Below are positions 1 through 7,874 of a DNA stretch of 17,826 nt, one piece after another. A program made the position numbers and the translations under genes. Source of the DNA: Candidatus Rokuibacteriota bacterium (GTDB taxonomy: Bacteria; Methylomirabilota; Methylomirabilia; Rokubacteriales; CSP1-6); NCBI GenBank assembly GCA_016184305.1, contig JACPCX010000160.1:1-17826 (forward strand). Direction: 5' to 3'. Numbering within the stretch: position 1 is the first letter of the stretch; every line of letters starts with the position of its first letter. A model generated the notes under the pieces. That model did not search any database. It worked only from the letters and a program-made list of their open reading frames with translations, and was not told the DNA's origin.

Positions 1-160
1 CGTCCATCCAGTAGCCCGGGATCGTCGGGATATGCGGCCGTCCCGGATCGGGCGAGAGGCCGAGCACGTCGCGGTAGAACTGCAGCGCGCGGTCGGCGTG
101 GGCTTCGGTCTGGCCGACGCGGATCCCGTGATGGTGGAGCTCGAGCACCGTGATGGCCAT
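1..160 (-). CDS. VOC/glyoxalase-family protein, N-terminal part (runs off the window start)
   Basis: Manual translation from ATG at 160: MAITVLELHHHGIRVGQTEAHADRALQFYRDVLGLSPDPGRPHIPTIPGYWMD. It has the VOC pattern HHxxI..V..ALxFYRDVLGL and a strong AAGGAGG RBS upstream. Not in the ORF track. Confidence 0.85.
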   Translation of the reverse strand, partial: MAITVLELHHHGIRVGQTEAHADRALQFYRDVLGLSPDPGRPHIPTIPGYWMD

Positions 161-193
161 GACACCCCTCCTTGCGCCGGCGATGTGGCGCCG

Positions 194-222
194 ATCATAG
201 GACCGGCCTTCGCGGGTGTCAA
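194..222 (-). promoter_or_regulatory. sigma70-type promoter of the VOC gene
   Basis: Minus strand TTGACA (222-217), 17-nt spacer, TATGAT (199-194), 33 nt upstream of the ATG at 160. Confidence 0.75.
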
Positions 223-239
223 TCGCCCTGACGGCCGCA

Positions 240-356
240 CTCGACGTCTTCTTCGTCGTCTCGGACAACCGGTGGAACTACCGCGACCTCGATCACGCGC
301 GCGCGGTCCTGGGCTTCGTGCCGCAGGACTCGGCGGAGAAGTACAGGGCCGGCTGA
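240..356 (+). pseudogene. Orphan 3' fragment of an NAD-dependent epimerase/uronate-dehydrogenase-like gene
   Basis: Frame reads LDVFFVVSDNRWNYRDLDHARAVLGFVPQDSAEKYRAG*. This matches the extended-SDR C-terminal pattern VSxN..xxD..xA..xLGxxPxDxAE. There is no N-terminal domain and no credible start. Confidence 0.6.
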
Positions 357-395
357 GGGGGAACCTGAAGACGCGGTCGGCGGCCGGCGCAGCCC

Positions 396-490
396 GTCCA
401 CGTCTACGCGGCGGCTGACGCGAACGGCCATGGCGCCGAGGACCTGTCCGTGGTGGTGACGGCGCTCGAGGCCCTGGCGCGGGGCGCGTC
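396..490 (+). pseudogene. Possible orphan 3' fragment of a beta-hydroxyacid dehydrogenase (3-hydroxyisobutyrate dehydrogenase-like) gene
   Basis: Frame reads VHVYAAADANGHGAEDLSVVVTALEALA, resembling the C-terminal Y..A...G.G..D.S.V...LE.LA pattern of that family. Preceded by in-frame stops at 354 and 366. Confidence 0.4.
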
Positions 491-538
491 AGGGCAGGGG
501 GGCGCCCCGCGCGCACAAGGAGGGACCGGCGCGCCGTC

Positions 539-1570
539 CTACCCGATCGACAGGGCCGCGCGGCCGATCACCGTGCCCTGCTCGAGCCGCTCGTGCAGGG
601 CCTCCGCCTCCGCCATGGGGCGGATGTCGGTGACCAGCGGCCACAGCTCTCCGCGGGCCACGAGGGCGAGGGTGTCGAGGACCTCGGCGCGCGTCACGTA
701 GCGGCTGCCGAGGAGATCGAGCTCCTTCAGGAGCATCTGCATGGCGTCGACCCGGAAGACCTTGCCGGCGCCGCCCAGCGTGACCATGCGCCCCTTGACA
801 GCCAGGGACTGCACGGCCTGCTCCAGGGTCGCGCTCGACGAGACGTAGTCGACGGCCACGTCGACCCCCTGTCCGCCGGTCAGGTCCCTGAGCGCCTCGA
901 CCACATCGGAGTGGGCGGCATCCACGACCTCGACGGCGCCGGCCCGGCGACAGGCCTCGAACTTCTCGGCGGCGATGTCGACGGCGATCACCCTGGCGCC
1001 GGCCCACTTCGACAGCATGATCTGGTGGATGCCGAGGCCGCCACCGGCGCCGAACACCGCCACCGTCTCGCCGGGCCGGGTCCCCGTCCGGCGATTGACC
1101 TTGTACGGGGTGGCGAGGGCATCGCAGATGACGCCGATCTCGGCCGGGTGGGCGCGGTAGTCGAGGCCGTCCGGCAGCCGCAGGAAGTTCCGGGCCGGAA
1201 GCTTGATGTACTCGGCGTAGCCGCCGTCGCATTCCTTGCCGACATTGCCGCCCGAGCGCTCGCAGAGGGGCTCCAGGTTGGCGAGGCACATGCGGCAATG
1301 GCCGCAGAAGAGATAGTAGTAGGCCGTCACCGCGTCGCCCACCGCGAGGCCGCCGACGCCGGCGCCGACCTCGACGATCTCGCCGGTGATCTCGTGGCCG
1401 ATGATGCGCGGATACGCGAGCGGGATGCGGCCCGCCTTGTAGTGCTGGATGGTGAGACCCGAGCCGCAGGCCAGGACGCGCGCGACCGCCTCCCCCGGGC
1501 CGGCCACCGGATCCGGCACAATCTCCAGCGTGAAGGGCGCGCCGGGCGCCCGCAGGACCAGCGCCTTCAT
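539..1570 (-). CDS. Zn-binding alcohol dehydrogenase (MDR family), atypical catalytic-zinc site
   Basis: 343 aa. GHE motif, structural-Zn CGHCRMCLANLEPLC, Rossmann GAGGGLG. ACGSGLTI stands in place of the usual xCGxCxxD. Confidence 0.9.
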   Translation of the reverse strand: MKALVLRAPGAPFTLEIVPDPVAGPGEAVARVLACGSGLTIQHYKAGRIPLAYPRIIGHEITGEIVEVGAGVGGLAVGDAVTAYYYLFCGHCRMCLANLEPLCERSGGNVGKECDGGYAEYIKLPARNFLRLPDGLDYRAHPAEIGVICDALATPYKVNRRTGTRPGETVAVFGAGGGLGIHQIMLSKWAGARVIAVDIAAEKFEACRRAGAVEVVDAAHSDVVEALRDLTGGQGVDVAVDYVSSSATLEQAVQSLAVKGRMVTLGGAGKVFRVDAMQMLLKELDLLGSRYVTRAEVLDTLALVARGELWPLVTDIRPMAEAEALHERLEQGTVIGRAALSIG

Positions 1571-1577
1571 CTCCGGG

Positions 1578-2762
1578 TCACGCGGTGAACATGAAGTTGG
1601 CCGCCTTCAGGAGGAGCGTCCGGTTGACGCCGTCGGAGTGCAGGAAGGCGGCCGCGTCCCGGAGCAGCTTCTCCACGCCGAACTCCTTCATGTAGCCGTG
1701 GCCGCCGTGGATCTCGAGGCACCAGGTGACGATCTTCCAGGCCGCCTGCGAGGCCATGACCTTGGGCAGGGCGCCCAGCGTCCGGTCCCAGCCGTGCTCC
1801 TGGTGCTCGGCGAGCCAGCACGCCCGGTGGATGTAGGAGCGCGAGGCGTCGATCAGCATGCGCATCTCGGCCAGCTCGGCGCGGATGCCGTCATGCTCGA
1901 TGAGCGGGGTGCCGCCCTGGACGCGCACCCTGGCCCACGCCACCGCCTTCTCGTAGGCCGCCACGGCGACCCCCAGCGCGCTGGCCCCGGCATAGGCGTT
2001 GGACTGCGGGAAGAACTCGGCGAGGACCCTGAAGCCGCGCCCGACCGCGCCCACGACGTTCTCGTCGGGGATGAAGCAGTCCTGGAAGATGAGCTCGGCG
2101 TTGTTGGCGAGGCGCTCGCCCATCTTGTCGTGGACGATGCCGGTGGTGAAGCCGGGGCGGCCGCGCTCCACCAGGAAGCAGGTGGCGCCGTCGGCCAGCG
2201 GCTGGCCCGGATCGGTTTGCGCGAAGACGAGACAGTGGCTCGCCCGGTTGCCGTTGGAGATGAAGTGCTTGAGGCCGTTGAGGATGAAGCCGCCGGGGGC
2301 CTTGACGGCGGCGGTGCGGAAGGGCCTCGGATACGGCACCAGGTAGTCGGAGGCGACGTCGGGCTCGGTGATGCCGATGGCGAGCATGCCGCGGGGATCC
2401 GCGGCGAAGCCCGGGAGCACGCGCGCGCGCTGCTCCGGGTTCAGCGCCTTCTGCATGATCTGGGCGATCTTGAGCGTCTGGGCGAAGATCACGGACACCC
2501 CGAGGTCGCCCCGGCCCAGCTCCTCGATCACCATGGCCGTGGTCAGCGCATCGGCGCCGAGGCCGCCGTATTCGCGGCCGAGCGTCATGGTGCGGATGCC
2601 GACGGCATGCGCCTTCTCGACGATCTCCGCGGAATAGCCCTCGGCGGGATCGCGTCGCGCGTCCAGCTCAGCCGCCCGCGGCCGCACCTCCTCCTCGACG
2701 AACCGGCGCACCGTGTCCAGCACCGCCCGCTGCTCCTGCGTCTGCACGAACATGCGCTCCAT
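1578..2762 (-). CDS. Acyl-CoA dehydrogenase family flavoprotein
   Basis: 394 aa. Motifs ITEPDVASD, LNGLKHFISNG, KMGER, IHGGHGY..E..VEKLLRDA. Alternative start ATG at 2753. Confidence 0.9.
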   Translation of the reverse strand: MERMFVQTQEQRAVLDTVRRFVEEEVRPRAAELDARRDPAEGYSAEIVEKAHAVGIRTMTLGREYGGLGADALTTAMVIEELGRGDLGVSVIFAQTLKIAQIMQKALNPEQRARVLPGFAADPRGMLAIGITEPDVASDYLVPYPRPFRTAAVKAPGGFILNGLKHFISNGNRASHCLVFAQTDPGQPLADGATCFLVERGRPGFTTGIVHDKMGERLANNAELIFQDCFIPDENVVGAVGRGFRVLAEFFPQSNAYAGASALGVAVAAYEKAVAWARVRVQGGTPLIEHDGIRAELAEMRMLIDASRSYIHRACWLAEHQEHGWDRTLGALPKVMASQAAWKIVTWCLEIHGGHGYMKEFGVEKLLRDAAAFLHSDGVNRTLLLKAANFMFTA

Positions 2763-2822
2763 CCGCCTCGCCTCCGTCCTTCGGGTTCCGCGATCGACAG
2801 GGTCGCGCGCGGTGTGAGCCGC

Positions 2823-4109
2823 TCAGGAACTGATCCACCGCACGACACCGGTGACACCGTCCACGGCCACGAGGGCCCCGTCGGGGATGCGCTTCGTGGC
2901 CTCGGGCACGCCGAGCACGGCCGGGATGCCGCGCTCGCGCGCGAGCGCCGCCAGATGCGAGGTGCTCCCGCCGAGCTCGGCGACCACGCCCGCCACGCGC
3001 GGGAGCACCGCCGTGAGCGCGGGCCCCGCCACCTGGGTGACGAGCACGTCCCCGAGCCGGACGCGGCCGAGATCGTGCTCGTGGTCGACGACGCACGCGG
3101 GCCCCTCGCCCCATCCGATGCCCGCCGGGTGGCCGGTGAGCCCCGGATGGCGGAGCCAGAGCTCGCCGGGCACCACGGCCGGGGCGGTTCGGAGCGGCCG
3201 CGCCTGGAGAATCTCGGGGCCGGTGGGGCCGAGCGCCCACTCCACCTCGACGGGTGCGCCGAACGCCTCCTCGGCGGTCAGCACCATGCGGCCGAGCGCC
3301 ACGGCCTCCGCCTCGTCGAGACACGGCGCCGTCACCAGGCCGGGAGTCACTGCTTCCGGTCTTGGTCCCGCCCCGGGGGCGACGCGCACGAGTCTGTCCT
3401 TCCGCCCCGGCTCCACGTCCTCGAGTCTGCCGTCCCGGCCCAGGAGAAACCGGTCGGGAACGACCTCGCCCTGGGCGATGGCCGATCCGAGCCCCCAGGT
3501 GCCCGTGATCAGCATCCCGCCCTCCGGGGTTCGCGAGAGCGCCCCGCCGGCGGCGCGCGCCGGGACGAGCCGCTGGACGAGCACGGCCATGGCGGTGGCG
3601 CCTGGATCGACGCCGTGGACTCGCATGTAGCGCAGCGCCCGCGTGGCCCAGAGGGCGGCCCAGCAGGCGGTGACGGTCGTGAGGAGGTCGGCGGTGCTGT
3701 CCACGCCGAGGAAGGTCTCGAACTGCCCGGCAAAGGACGTCTCCGGGCTGTCCTCGATCAGCGCCGAGGAGCGCACGGCCAGGGGCGCGGCGGGTCCGGC
3801 GCCGAGGTCGCGCCAACCGCCGAGGAGCGCTTTCGTGAGCGGCGAAGGGAGCCCCGTGCGCGTGAGCCCGAGCCTCACCGCCACGGCGAGCCGGCGTGCC
3901 TCGGGCTCGTCGGCCTGCGCCACGCGACGGGCCGCATCGGCGACACTCGCCGCGGTCAGGGCCTCGCGGTACGCGGCAGCGTCGAGGCAGACCCCGTCCG
4001 GGACGGGCAAGCCGGCCAGGAGCAGCCGCGCCAGCCGCGCGGCTTTCGGCCCGACCCTGTCGGCCTCCAGCGCGGCCGGGCTTCCGAGCGGGATGACGAC
4101 GGGGTCCAT
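2823..4109 (-). CDS. PEP-synthase/PPDK-like protein: ATP-grasp domain plus phosphohistidine swivel domain only
   Basis: Real start inferred at ATG 4109 (MDPVVIPL..., 428 aa), 2 nt after the upstream stop. Motifs VGPKAA, AVRSSA..ED....SFAGQFET, MAVLVQ, GLG..I..G, VEVEWA, ILQARP, then GGSTSHLAALARERGIPAV. Confidence 0.88.
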   Translation of the reverse strand: MDPVVIPLGSPAALEADRVGPKAARLARLLLAGLPVPDGVCLDAAAYREALTAASVADAARRVAQADEPEARRLAVAVRLGLTRTGLPSPLTKALLGGWRDLGAGPAAPLAVRSSALIEDSPETSFAGQFETFLGVDSTADLLTTVTACWAALWATRALRYMRVHGVDPGATAMAVLVQRLVPARAAGGALSRTPEGGMLITGTWGLGSAIAQGEVVPDRFLLGRDGRLEDVEPGRKDRLVRVAPGAGPRPEAVTPGLVTAPCLDEAEAVALGRMVLTAEEAFGAPVEVEWALGPTGPEILQARPLRTAPAVVPGELWLRHPGLTGHPAGIGWGEGPACVVDHEHDLGRVRLGDVLVTQVAGPALTAVLPRVAGVVAELGGSTSHLAALARERGIPAVLGVPEATKRIPDGALVAVDGVTGVVRWISS

Positions 4110-4111
4110 CT

Positions 4112-5347
4112 TCAATCCACGACGGTGATCTCCTCGACCGGGAAGCTGGAGATGATCTCCGTCCTGTCCTCGTGCACGATGAGCATCTCCTCGATGCGCA
4201 CCCCCCACTCGTACTTCTTGCCGTGCTGGGTCTCGAGCGCGAAGACCATCCCGGCCTTGATCTCCAGCGGATGGTCCAGCGACCAGATGCGCGAGATCAC
4301 CGGCTGGTCGTACTGGGCCAGCCCGAGGCCGTGCCCCCAGAGATTGGCGGCGGCCCGGTCCTCCTCCTCGTAGCCCCACGCCTCCTTGGCCGAGGGCCAC
4401 TTGAGCGCGATGTCGCGCGTCGTGGCGCCGGGGCGCACCGCGTGGATGGAGTCGTAGAGCCACTTGAGTGCCGTGGCGTAGTAATCCTTCTGCTCCTGGC
4501 TGGGCTGCTTGCCGACGCAGTAGGTGCGGTAGTAGCAGGACTTGTAGCCGTTCCAGGTCAGCGCCGCGAGGTCCATGAACACGATCTCGCCGGGCTTGAT
4601 GATCCGGTCGGAGAAGTTGCGCCAGTTGGGCCAGGTATTGGGGCCGGAGGAGACGATGACGTCCTCCACGTCCTCCATGCCGGGGACCGAGTAGAGGTAC
4701 TCCATGATGTGGGCCGTCACCTGGTTCTCGGTGAGCCCGGGCCTGAGGAAGCGCATGGTCTCCCAGTGGGCGGCATCCCCGATGGCGCCCACGATGCGCA
4801 TGCACTCCTGCTCGTCCACGTTCTTGATGGCCCGGGCCTCCATCATCGGCGTCATGCCGTCGGCCCACTTGATCTTGGCCTCCTGGAACGCCTGGAGCAT
4901 GTTGATGTCGACGAAGTCCACGCCGAGGGTCTGGTCGGCCACGCCGAACCGCTTCATCTCGTGCACGATGGCGTCCGTGAACTTCTTGACCTGCTGGCGG
5001 GAGGCGGGGCCGGCCGCCCCCTTGATCCACGCGTAGGACCAGCGGATATTCTCCTGCGGGATCCAGGGGGCGTGGCGCTGGATCTGGAAGCCGATGTCCC
5101 CCTGCTCGAAGAGCACGGGAGCGGCGTCCCCGCAGAGGAGCGCGTAGCGCAGCCCAGGCTTGAGCCGGTTCCAGCCCGGCGTGAGCGTGCTCGTCACGTA
5201 GCGGACGTTCTCGTCGTACATCAGGAGGAGCGCGCCCAGGTGAGCGGCCTTCATCCGCTCGCGGGCCCGCTCGAGGCGGTACGTGCGGAGGCGGTCCCAG
5301 TTGATGCGCTGCTGCCAGTCGACGCCGGCGATGCCGAAGTTCCCCAT
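4112..5347 (-). CDS. M24 (Xaa-Pro peptidase/creatinase-like) family protein
   Basis: Start ATG 5347 with AAGGAG RBS (411 aa, MGNFGIAGVDWQQRINWDRLR...). Motifs RAIKN..E, GHGLG, ALET, GVRIEE. Confidence 0.88.
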   Translation of the reverse strand: MGNFGIAGVDWQQRINWDRLRTYRLERARERMKAAHLGALLLMYDENVRYVTSTLTPGWNRLKPGLRYALLCGDAAPVLFEQGDIGFQIQRHAPWIPQENIRWSYAWIKGAAGPASRQQVKKFTDAIVHEMKRFGVADQTLGVDFVDINMLQAFQEAKIKWADGMTPMMEARAIKNVDEQECMRIVGAIGDAAHWETMRFLRPGLTENQVTAHIMEYLYSVPGMEDVEDVIVSSGPNTWPNWRNFSDRIIKPGEIVFMDLAALTWNGYKSCYYRTYCVGKQPSQEQKDYYATALKWLYDSIHAVRPGATTRDIALKWPSAKEAWGYEEEDRAAANLWGHGLGLAQYDQPVISRIWSLDHPLEIKAGMVFALETQHGKKYEWGVRIEEMLIVHEDRTEIISSFPVEEITVVD

Positions 5348-5349
5348 GG

Positions 5350-7125
5350 CTACGCTCTCCTTGAATGTGGATGGCCGTTCCGCACAGGAATGATCGGCAG
5401 CAGGAGATGCGAGGGCCGCCTGCGGCCGCAGTGAAGCGTGACCTTCTTGCCGAAGATCTCGGGCGGCCGGTCGCGCGGGTCGTTGTGCTGGAAGGGGCCG
5501 ACGCCGGTGAAGACATCGCCGAGCACGGCCAGCCCCGCCCCCGGCCCGCCGGGATGCTCGTAATCGCGTCCCCGCACGGTGAGCGCGAGCCGGTGGCCGG
5601 CCGGCACCACGATGGACGTCGGCCAGATCTCGACGTCCAGCTCGTACACCCGCCCGGGAGTGAGCGGCTGCCTTTCGTCGTGCGTGTGGTACGGGCGGTA
5701 CGGGAGCGTCAGGGCGGGGTCCAGCTTGCGGTGCGAGGCCCGGAGCCACCCCTGCGCGATGGGGGTGTGCGGGTCCAGCGCGCCCTGGAACACGACCTCC
5801 TTCATGTTCGGGCTCAGCACGCGAACGATCAGGAACAGGTCGGCGTCCGCGGTCTCGGACGACACGAACAGCTTGGCCGCGATGGGGCCGGTGATCTCGG
5901 TCTCCGCCTTGAGCGGCGTCGTCAAGAACGTGACCCCCTCGCCGAACCCGCTGTACGTCACGCGCCCATCCCGGGCGAGCGGCGAGTTGACGAGGCCATG
6001 ATCGGCCGGGTTCAGATAGAGCCTGGTCCACCGCGTGCGGGCCAGCGGCCATTCGCTCTCGTGCCGCTCGACGAACTGCTCCCCTGGGTGGCGCACCTGA
6101 AGCACGACCTTCGGCTGCTTCTTCCATCCGGTGTCTTCGCCCTTGAGGAAGTGGCCGAAGAACCTCTTCTGCAGACCCACGCCGTAGTCCGTGTAGAAGT
6201 GAGTCCAGTGCTCGATCCCGTGCACCTCGAGCCACTTCTGCCGCGAGGCCGCGCGCATGAACCCCTCGAAGTTGCCGCGCGGGTGCAGGCCCTGCCCGCC
6301 CCAGTTGGCCGCGGAGAGCAGGGGCACGGTCACCTTCGACCAGTCGGGCATGCGCGAGCGCCAGTACTCGTCGGTGGCCAGCGGGTTCCGGTAGCAGTCC
6401 TCGTAGAAGTCGCGGCGGGTGGCGCCGAGCTCCTCCTCGGTCAGCGTCGGCGGTCCGGATACCCAGTCTCCGGTCATCCGGCTCCGGTAGCCCCGCGTCC
6501 CGCGGCCGTGCTGCACCCTCACGATTTGCGAAGGGAACCAGGCCCTGCCGAAGGTGCAGAGGATGCCGCCGTGGTGGCTGAGGTCGCGATAGTAGTCGGC
6601 CGCGCCCTCCCAGACGCAGATGGCGGCCAGGTGCGGCGGCTCCTGCGCCGCCACCTGCCACTGGTTCATCGCGTAGTAGGAGATGCCGTTGAGGCCGATC
6701 TTGCCGGTGCTCCACGGCCGCGCGGCCGCCCACTCGATGCAGTGGTAGAGGTCCTTCGCCTCGCGCGCCGACCAGATGTCGAGGAAGCCGGGCGACCGGC
6801 CGGCGCCGCGCGAGTCCACCCGGAGGCAGGCATAGCCGTCCGGCACCCACTTCTCGGGGTCCACCACCTCCCAGTTCTGGTACCTGTTGGTGGAGCCCGC
6901 CAGGACATCCGGGTGTTTCTCGACCATGCGGCGCCACTGATCGGTGTAGAGGTCCTCGAAGTGCAGCCCCTTGGCGTAGGGGCCATAGGACAGGACGACG
7001 GGGTAGGTGCCCGCCCGGGTTGGCCGATAGACGTCGGCGCGCAGGACGAGGCCATCGTCCATGGTGACGGGCACGTCCCGGTCGATGCGCATCCCGTCGC
7101 GGACCTCGCTCGTGAACTCGCTCAT
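5350..7125 (-). CDS. CocE/NonD family hydrolase (peptidase S15-like)
   Basis: 591 aa. Motifs MDDG..LRADVYRP, PY.K, DSRGAGRSPG, nucleophile GISYYA, C-terminal EITGP...GWLRASHR...GHRL.L. Confidence 0.92.
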   Translation of the reverse strand: MSEFTSEVRDGMRIDRDVPVTMDDGLVLRADVYRPTRAGTYPVVLSYGPYAKGLHFEDLYTDQWRRMVEKHPDVLAGSTNRYQNWEVVDPEKWVPDGYACLRVDSRGAGRSPGFLDIWSAREAKDLYHCIEWAAARPWSTGKIGLNGISYYAMNQWQVAAQEPPHLAAICVWEGAADYYRDLSHHGGILCTFGRAWFPSQIVRVQHGRGTRGYRSRMTGDWVSGPPTLTEEELGATRRDFYEDCYRNPLATDEYWRSRMPDWSKVTVPLLSAANWGGQGLHPRGNFEGFMRAASRQKWLEVHGIEHWTHFYTDYGVGLQKRFFGHFLKGEDTGWKKQPKVVLQVRHPGEQFVERHESEWPLARTRWTRLYLNPADHGLVNSPLARDGRVTYSGFGEGVTFLTTPLKAETEITGPIAAKLFVSSETADADLFLIVRVLSPNMKEVVFQGALDPHTPIAQGWLRASHRKLDPALTLPYRPYHTHDERQPLTPGRVYELDVEIWPTSIVVPAGHRLALTVRGRDYEHPGGPGAGLAVLGDVFTGVGPFQHNDPRDRPPEIFGKKVTLHCGRRRPSHLLLPIIPVRNGHPHSRRA

Positions 7126-7133
7126 GGTCTTGC

Positions 7134-7163
7134 TTCATAGCAGCCGCGCGGCTCGCCTGTCAA
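7134..7163 (-). promoter_or_regulatory. Putative promoter of the CocE operon (probably leaderless transcript)
   Basis: Minus strand TTGACA (7163-7158), 18 nt, TATGAA (7139-7134) with a TGn extension. ATG 7125 lies 8 nt downstream with no SD. Confidence 0.5.
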
Positions 7164-7238
7164 ACCCCAATGCGCCGCGCTCCGCCAGGACCCGCCCGTT
7201 GACTTGGCCTTCGCCGCCGTGCTAACAGGGGAAGCGCC

Positions 7239-7859
7239 ATGACCCTCAGCGCGCAGCGCACGGCGGTCCTCGCCATCGACATGCACCGCGGGCATCTCGA
7301 TCCCGCCGTCGCGACGCTCCCGCTCGCCGCCGAGCGCTGCGGGCCGGTCATCGCCCGCGCGGCGGATCTCTTCGGGCAGCTCCGGGCCATCGGCGTCCCC
7401 ATCGTCCACGTGGTCACCGAGTACCGCGACGCCGGGGAAATCGCCGCGAACCCGTTCTGGAAGGCGATCCACGACGACCCGGCCAAGGCGAGGAAAGGCA
7501 TCCTGCGCCACAACCTGGCCGGCAGCCCCGGCACCGAGATCATCCCCGCGCTCCTCGCCGACGGGGACCTGGTGGTCAGGGGCAAGAAACGTTACAGCGC
7601 CTTCCACGCCACGGACCTGGAATTCCTGCTGAAGAGCCGCGGCGTCCACACGGTGGTCCTCGCCGGCATCAACACGACGAGCTGCATCCTGTGCAACGCC
7701 TTCGAGGCCACCAACCGGGACTTCAGCGTGATCATCGCCTCGGACGCGGTGGACTCCATGGACGGCGAGGAGATGCACCGGTTCGCGCTGCGCCTCATGG
7801 GCGCCACCGTGGGCTGGCCGCTGACCAGCCCGGAGATCGTCAAGGCCCTCAGGGCCTGA
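7239..7859 (+). CDS. Isochorismatase-family cysteine hydrolase
   Basis: 206 aa. Catalytic triad context IDMH (Asp), KKRYSAF (Lys), GINTTSCI (Cys). Confidence 0.92.
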   Translation: MTLSAQRTAVLAIDMHRGHLDPAVATLPLAAERCGPVIARAADLFGQLRAIGVPIVHVVTEYRDAGEIAANPFWKAIHDDPAKARKGILRHNLAGSPGTEIIPALLADGDLVVRGKKRYSAFHATDLEFLLKSRGVHTVVLAGINTTSCILCNAFEATNRDFSVIIASDAVDSMDGEEMHRFALRLMGATVGWPLTSPEIVKALRA

Positions 7860-7874
7860 GCCGTCACGAGGGAG

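Noticed and set aside
2823..4109. Rifampin phosphotransferase or true PEP synthase call
   Set aside because: The protein lacks both the large central rifampin-binding domain and the C-terminal PEP/pyruvate-binding barrel.
1449..4373. 974-aa plus-strand ORF and other long antisense ORFs (593-1588, 4172-5434, 5365-7140, 7122-8903, 10225-11832, 13415-14761, 14730-17009)
   Set aside because: They are shadow frames of real genes in GC-rich DNA. They have no family motifs and overlap well-supported CDSs on the opposite strand.
4112..7138. Apparent 1008-aa and 897-aa (2823-5516) fusion proteins
   Set aside because: The N-terminal extensions are Arg/Pro/Gly-rich off-frame readings of the upstream genes. 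The real starts are at 5347 (with RBS) and 4109.
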